Source of the DNA: Ostrea edulis
Lineage: Eukaryota
Direction: 5' to 3'
DNA: 64,000 nt
Assembly: GCF_947568905.1 (NCBI RefSeq)
Contig: NC_079164.1
Location: 3,596,001 to 3,660,000 of the forward strand
The notes under the pieces are model-generated. The model made no database searches. It worked only from the letters and a program-made list of their open reading frames with translations, and had not been told where the DNA came from. Positions 62,278-64,000 of the stretch are shown here, in pieces; the stretch's first letter is position 1, and the number at the start of each line of letters is the position of its first letter. Both the position numbers and the translations under genes were made by a program.

Positions 62278-62995
62278 ATCTCTGTGTTGTAAGTGGAATT
62301 ACTAGACGAGTCTGATGTATTGTGATTTTAATCTCTGTTGTAAGTGGAATTACTAGATGAGTCTGATGTATTGTGATTTTAATCTCTGTTGTAAATGGAA
62401 TTACCAGACGAGTCTGATGTATTGTGATTTTAATCTCTGTTGTAAGTGGAATTACTAGACGAGTCTGGTGTATTGTGATTTTAATCTCTGTTGTAAGTGG
62501 AAGTACCAGACGAGTCTGATGTATTGTGATTTTAATCTCTGTTGTAAGTGGAAGTACCAGACGAGTCTGATGTTTTGTGATTTTAATCTCTGTTGTAAGT
62601 GGAATTACTAGACGAGTCTGATGTATTGTGATTTTAATCTCTGTTGTAAGTGGAATTACTAGACGAGTCTGATGTATTGTGATTTTAATCTCTGTTGTAA
62701 GTGGAATTACTAGACGAGTCTGATGTATTGTGATTTTAATCTCTGTTGTAAGTGGAATTACTAGACGAGTCTGATGTATTGTGATTTTAATCTCTGTTGT
62801 AAATGGAATTACCAGACGAGTCTGATGTATTGTGATTTTAATCTCTGTTGTAAGTGGAATTACTAGACGAGTCTGATGTATTGTGATTTTAATCTCTGTT
62901 GTAAGTAGAATTACTAGACGAGTCTGATGTATTGTGATTTTAATCTCTGTTGTAAGTGGAATTACCAGACGACTCTGGTGTATTGTGATTTTAAG
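62278..62995. repeat. 51-bp tandem repeat in the GIT intron after exon 12
   Basis: CTCTGTTGTAAGTGGAATTACTAGACGAGTCTGATGTATTGTGATTTTAAT, about 14 copies. Confidence 0.95.
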
Positions 62996-63096
62996 GAGGT
63001 ATACTACATCATCATAATGGCTGACTTCTTTTTAAAACATGAATGAATATTATAGATACCAGCAATACTTGTTTATTCCTTTTAAATCCAATCACC

Positions 63097-63170
63097 TAGC
63101 TGAGTAGCTCAGTCGGTTAACGTGTCAGCTGTTGATCTATAGATTGTGGGTTTGAGTCCAGAAGGGATTT
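63097..63170 (+). mobile_element. Degenerate tRNA-like SINE head
   Basis: TAGCTCAGTCGGTTAACGTG A-box and GGTTTGAGTCC B-box-like motif; no clean cloverleaf. Confidence 0.5.
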
Positions 63171-63537
63171 TAGGGGTTTTTTCAGTTAGGTTTCTAATAA
63201 AACTGCATTTTTGACTAAATAAAGTAAATTCGAAAATGTTGATTGTACATATTCCCCACTTTCCATCCATATCAGATTCCTCTGTTCTTCCTCCTTAACC
63301 AATGCTTACAATCAAACTGCACTGATTTGCTTACCTGTTTGGTTCTAGATGCACAGGTATCACCTTAATATGTGTAAATGAATTTGAAGGCCACAGAATA
63401 AGATGCTCTATTTCACAGCTTTGTTTTGCTGTCATTAATTTCATGTGAAAATAGACAAATTAATACCAAGTTGCTTACAACAAGGATGAAACCGCTTTAC
63501 AGCTTCTCTCAAGCTATAAATTTCACACCCCACAAAT

Positions 63538-63740
63538 TTTTTATGCCCCCCCCCCCCCCCCCCAATTTTTTTGTGGGGGCATATATAGTCGTCGCCATCA
63601 TGTCTGTTTGTCCCTCCATCTCGTATATCTCTTATTAAACTTTTCCTCAGAAGTTGATCAGAATTTATCACAAATATTCTTTAGGACTTTTGGCCAAGGT
63701 CATTTTGGAAAGGTCAAGGCCACTTAGACCATATTCCTTT

Positions 63741-63788
<48 letters not shown>

Positions 63789-63975
63789 GAAAAAGTTTCC
63801 TATTTCAGCAGTTTTTGAACAGGTATTGATCATATATCACACAAATAAGTAATAGGCAAATGGCTTTCAGACAAAGGTCGCTGAAGGTCATTTTGTAAAG
63901 GTCAAAGTATCTTGTGCATGTATGGAAAAAAAACTTCATTTCAACAGTTATTGATCATTGTGCAAGTCATTCATC
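63538..63975 (+). mobile_element. HINE/DINE-like (Helentron-associated) non-autonomous element
   Basis: Starts TTTTATGCCCCC...GGGGGCATAT (short inverted repeat), then a GTCTGTTTGTCC microsatellite seed and GGTCAAGG-type internal monomers; contains (TA)n at 63745-63784. Confidence 0.55.
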
Positions 63976-64000
63976 TTATGACGTAGTTCATTGGTTAAAT

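Overview
This is a eukaryotic (metazoan) AT-rich, intron-rich window; the repeat landscape suggests a bivalve such as an oyster, but that is inference. I reconstructed six protein-coding genes by hand from GT-AG exons with consistent phases: the 3' end of IQCD/DRC10 (+), BOLA2 (-, 3 exons, largely missed by the ORF track), a 2-exon Cys-type SelO AMPylase with an apparent signal peptide (+), GOSR1 (+, 8 exons, one U12-type intron), ANKRD13 (-, 14 exons) and the 5' part of a GIT ArfGAP (+, 12 exons seen). BOLA2/SelO and ANKRD13/GIT are both head-to-head pairs. Introns are filled with minisatellites, MITEs and tRNA-derived SINEs, and most long ORFs in the track are artefacts of tandem repeats. 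The most notable observations are: tandem arrays that repeatedly copy or abut splice sites (some allowing in-frame alternative splicing in SelO and GIT), a possibly secretory-pathway SelO sharing a ~220-bp promoter with BOLA2, a Transib/RAG-like hairpin MITE nested in another MITE inside a U12 intron, and an ancient ANKRD13-GIT head-to-head pair. There is no evidence of CRISPR, prokaryotic genes or an autonomous transposase.
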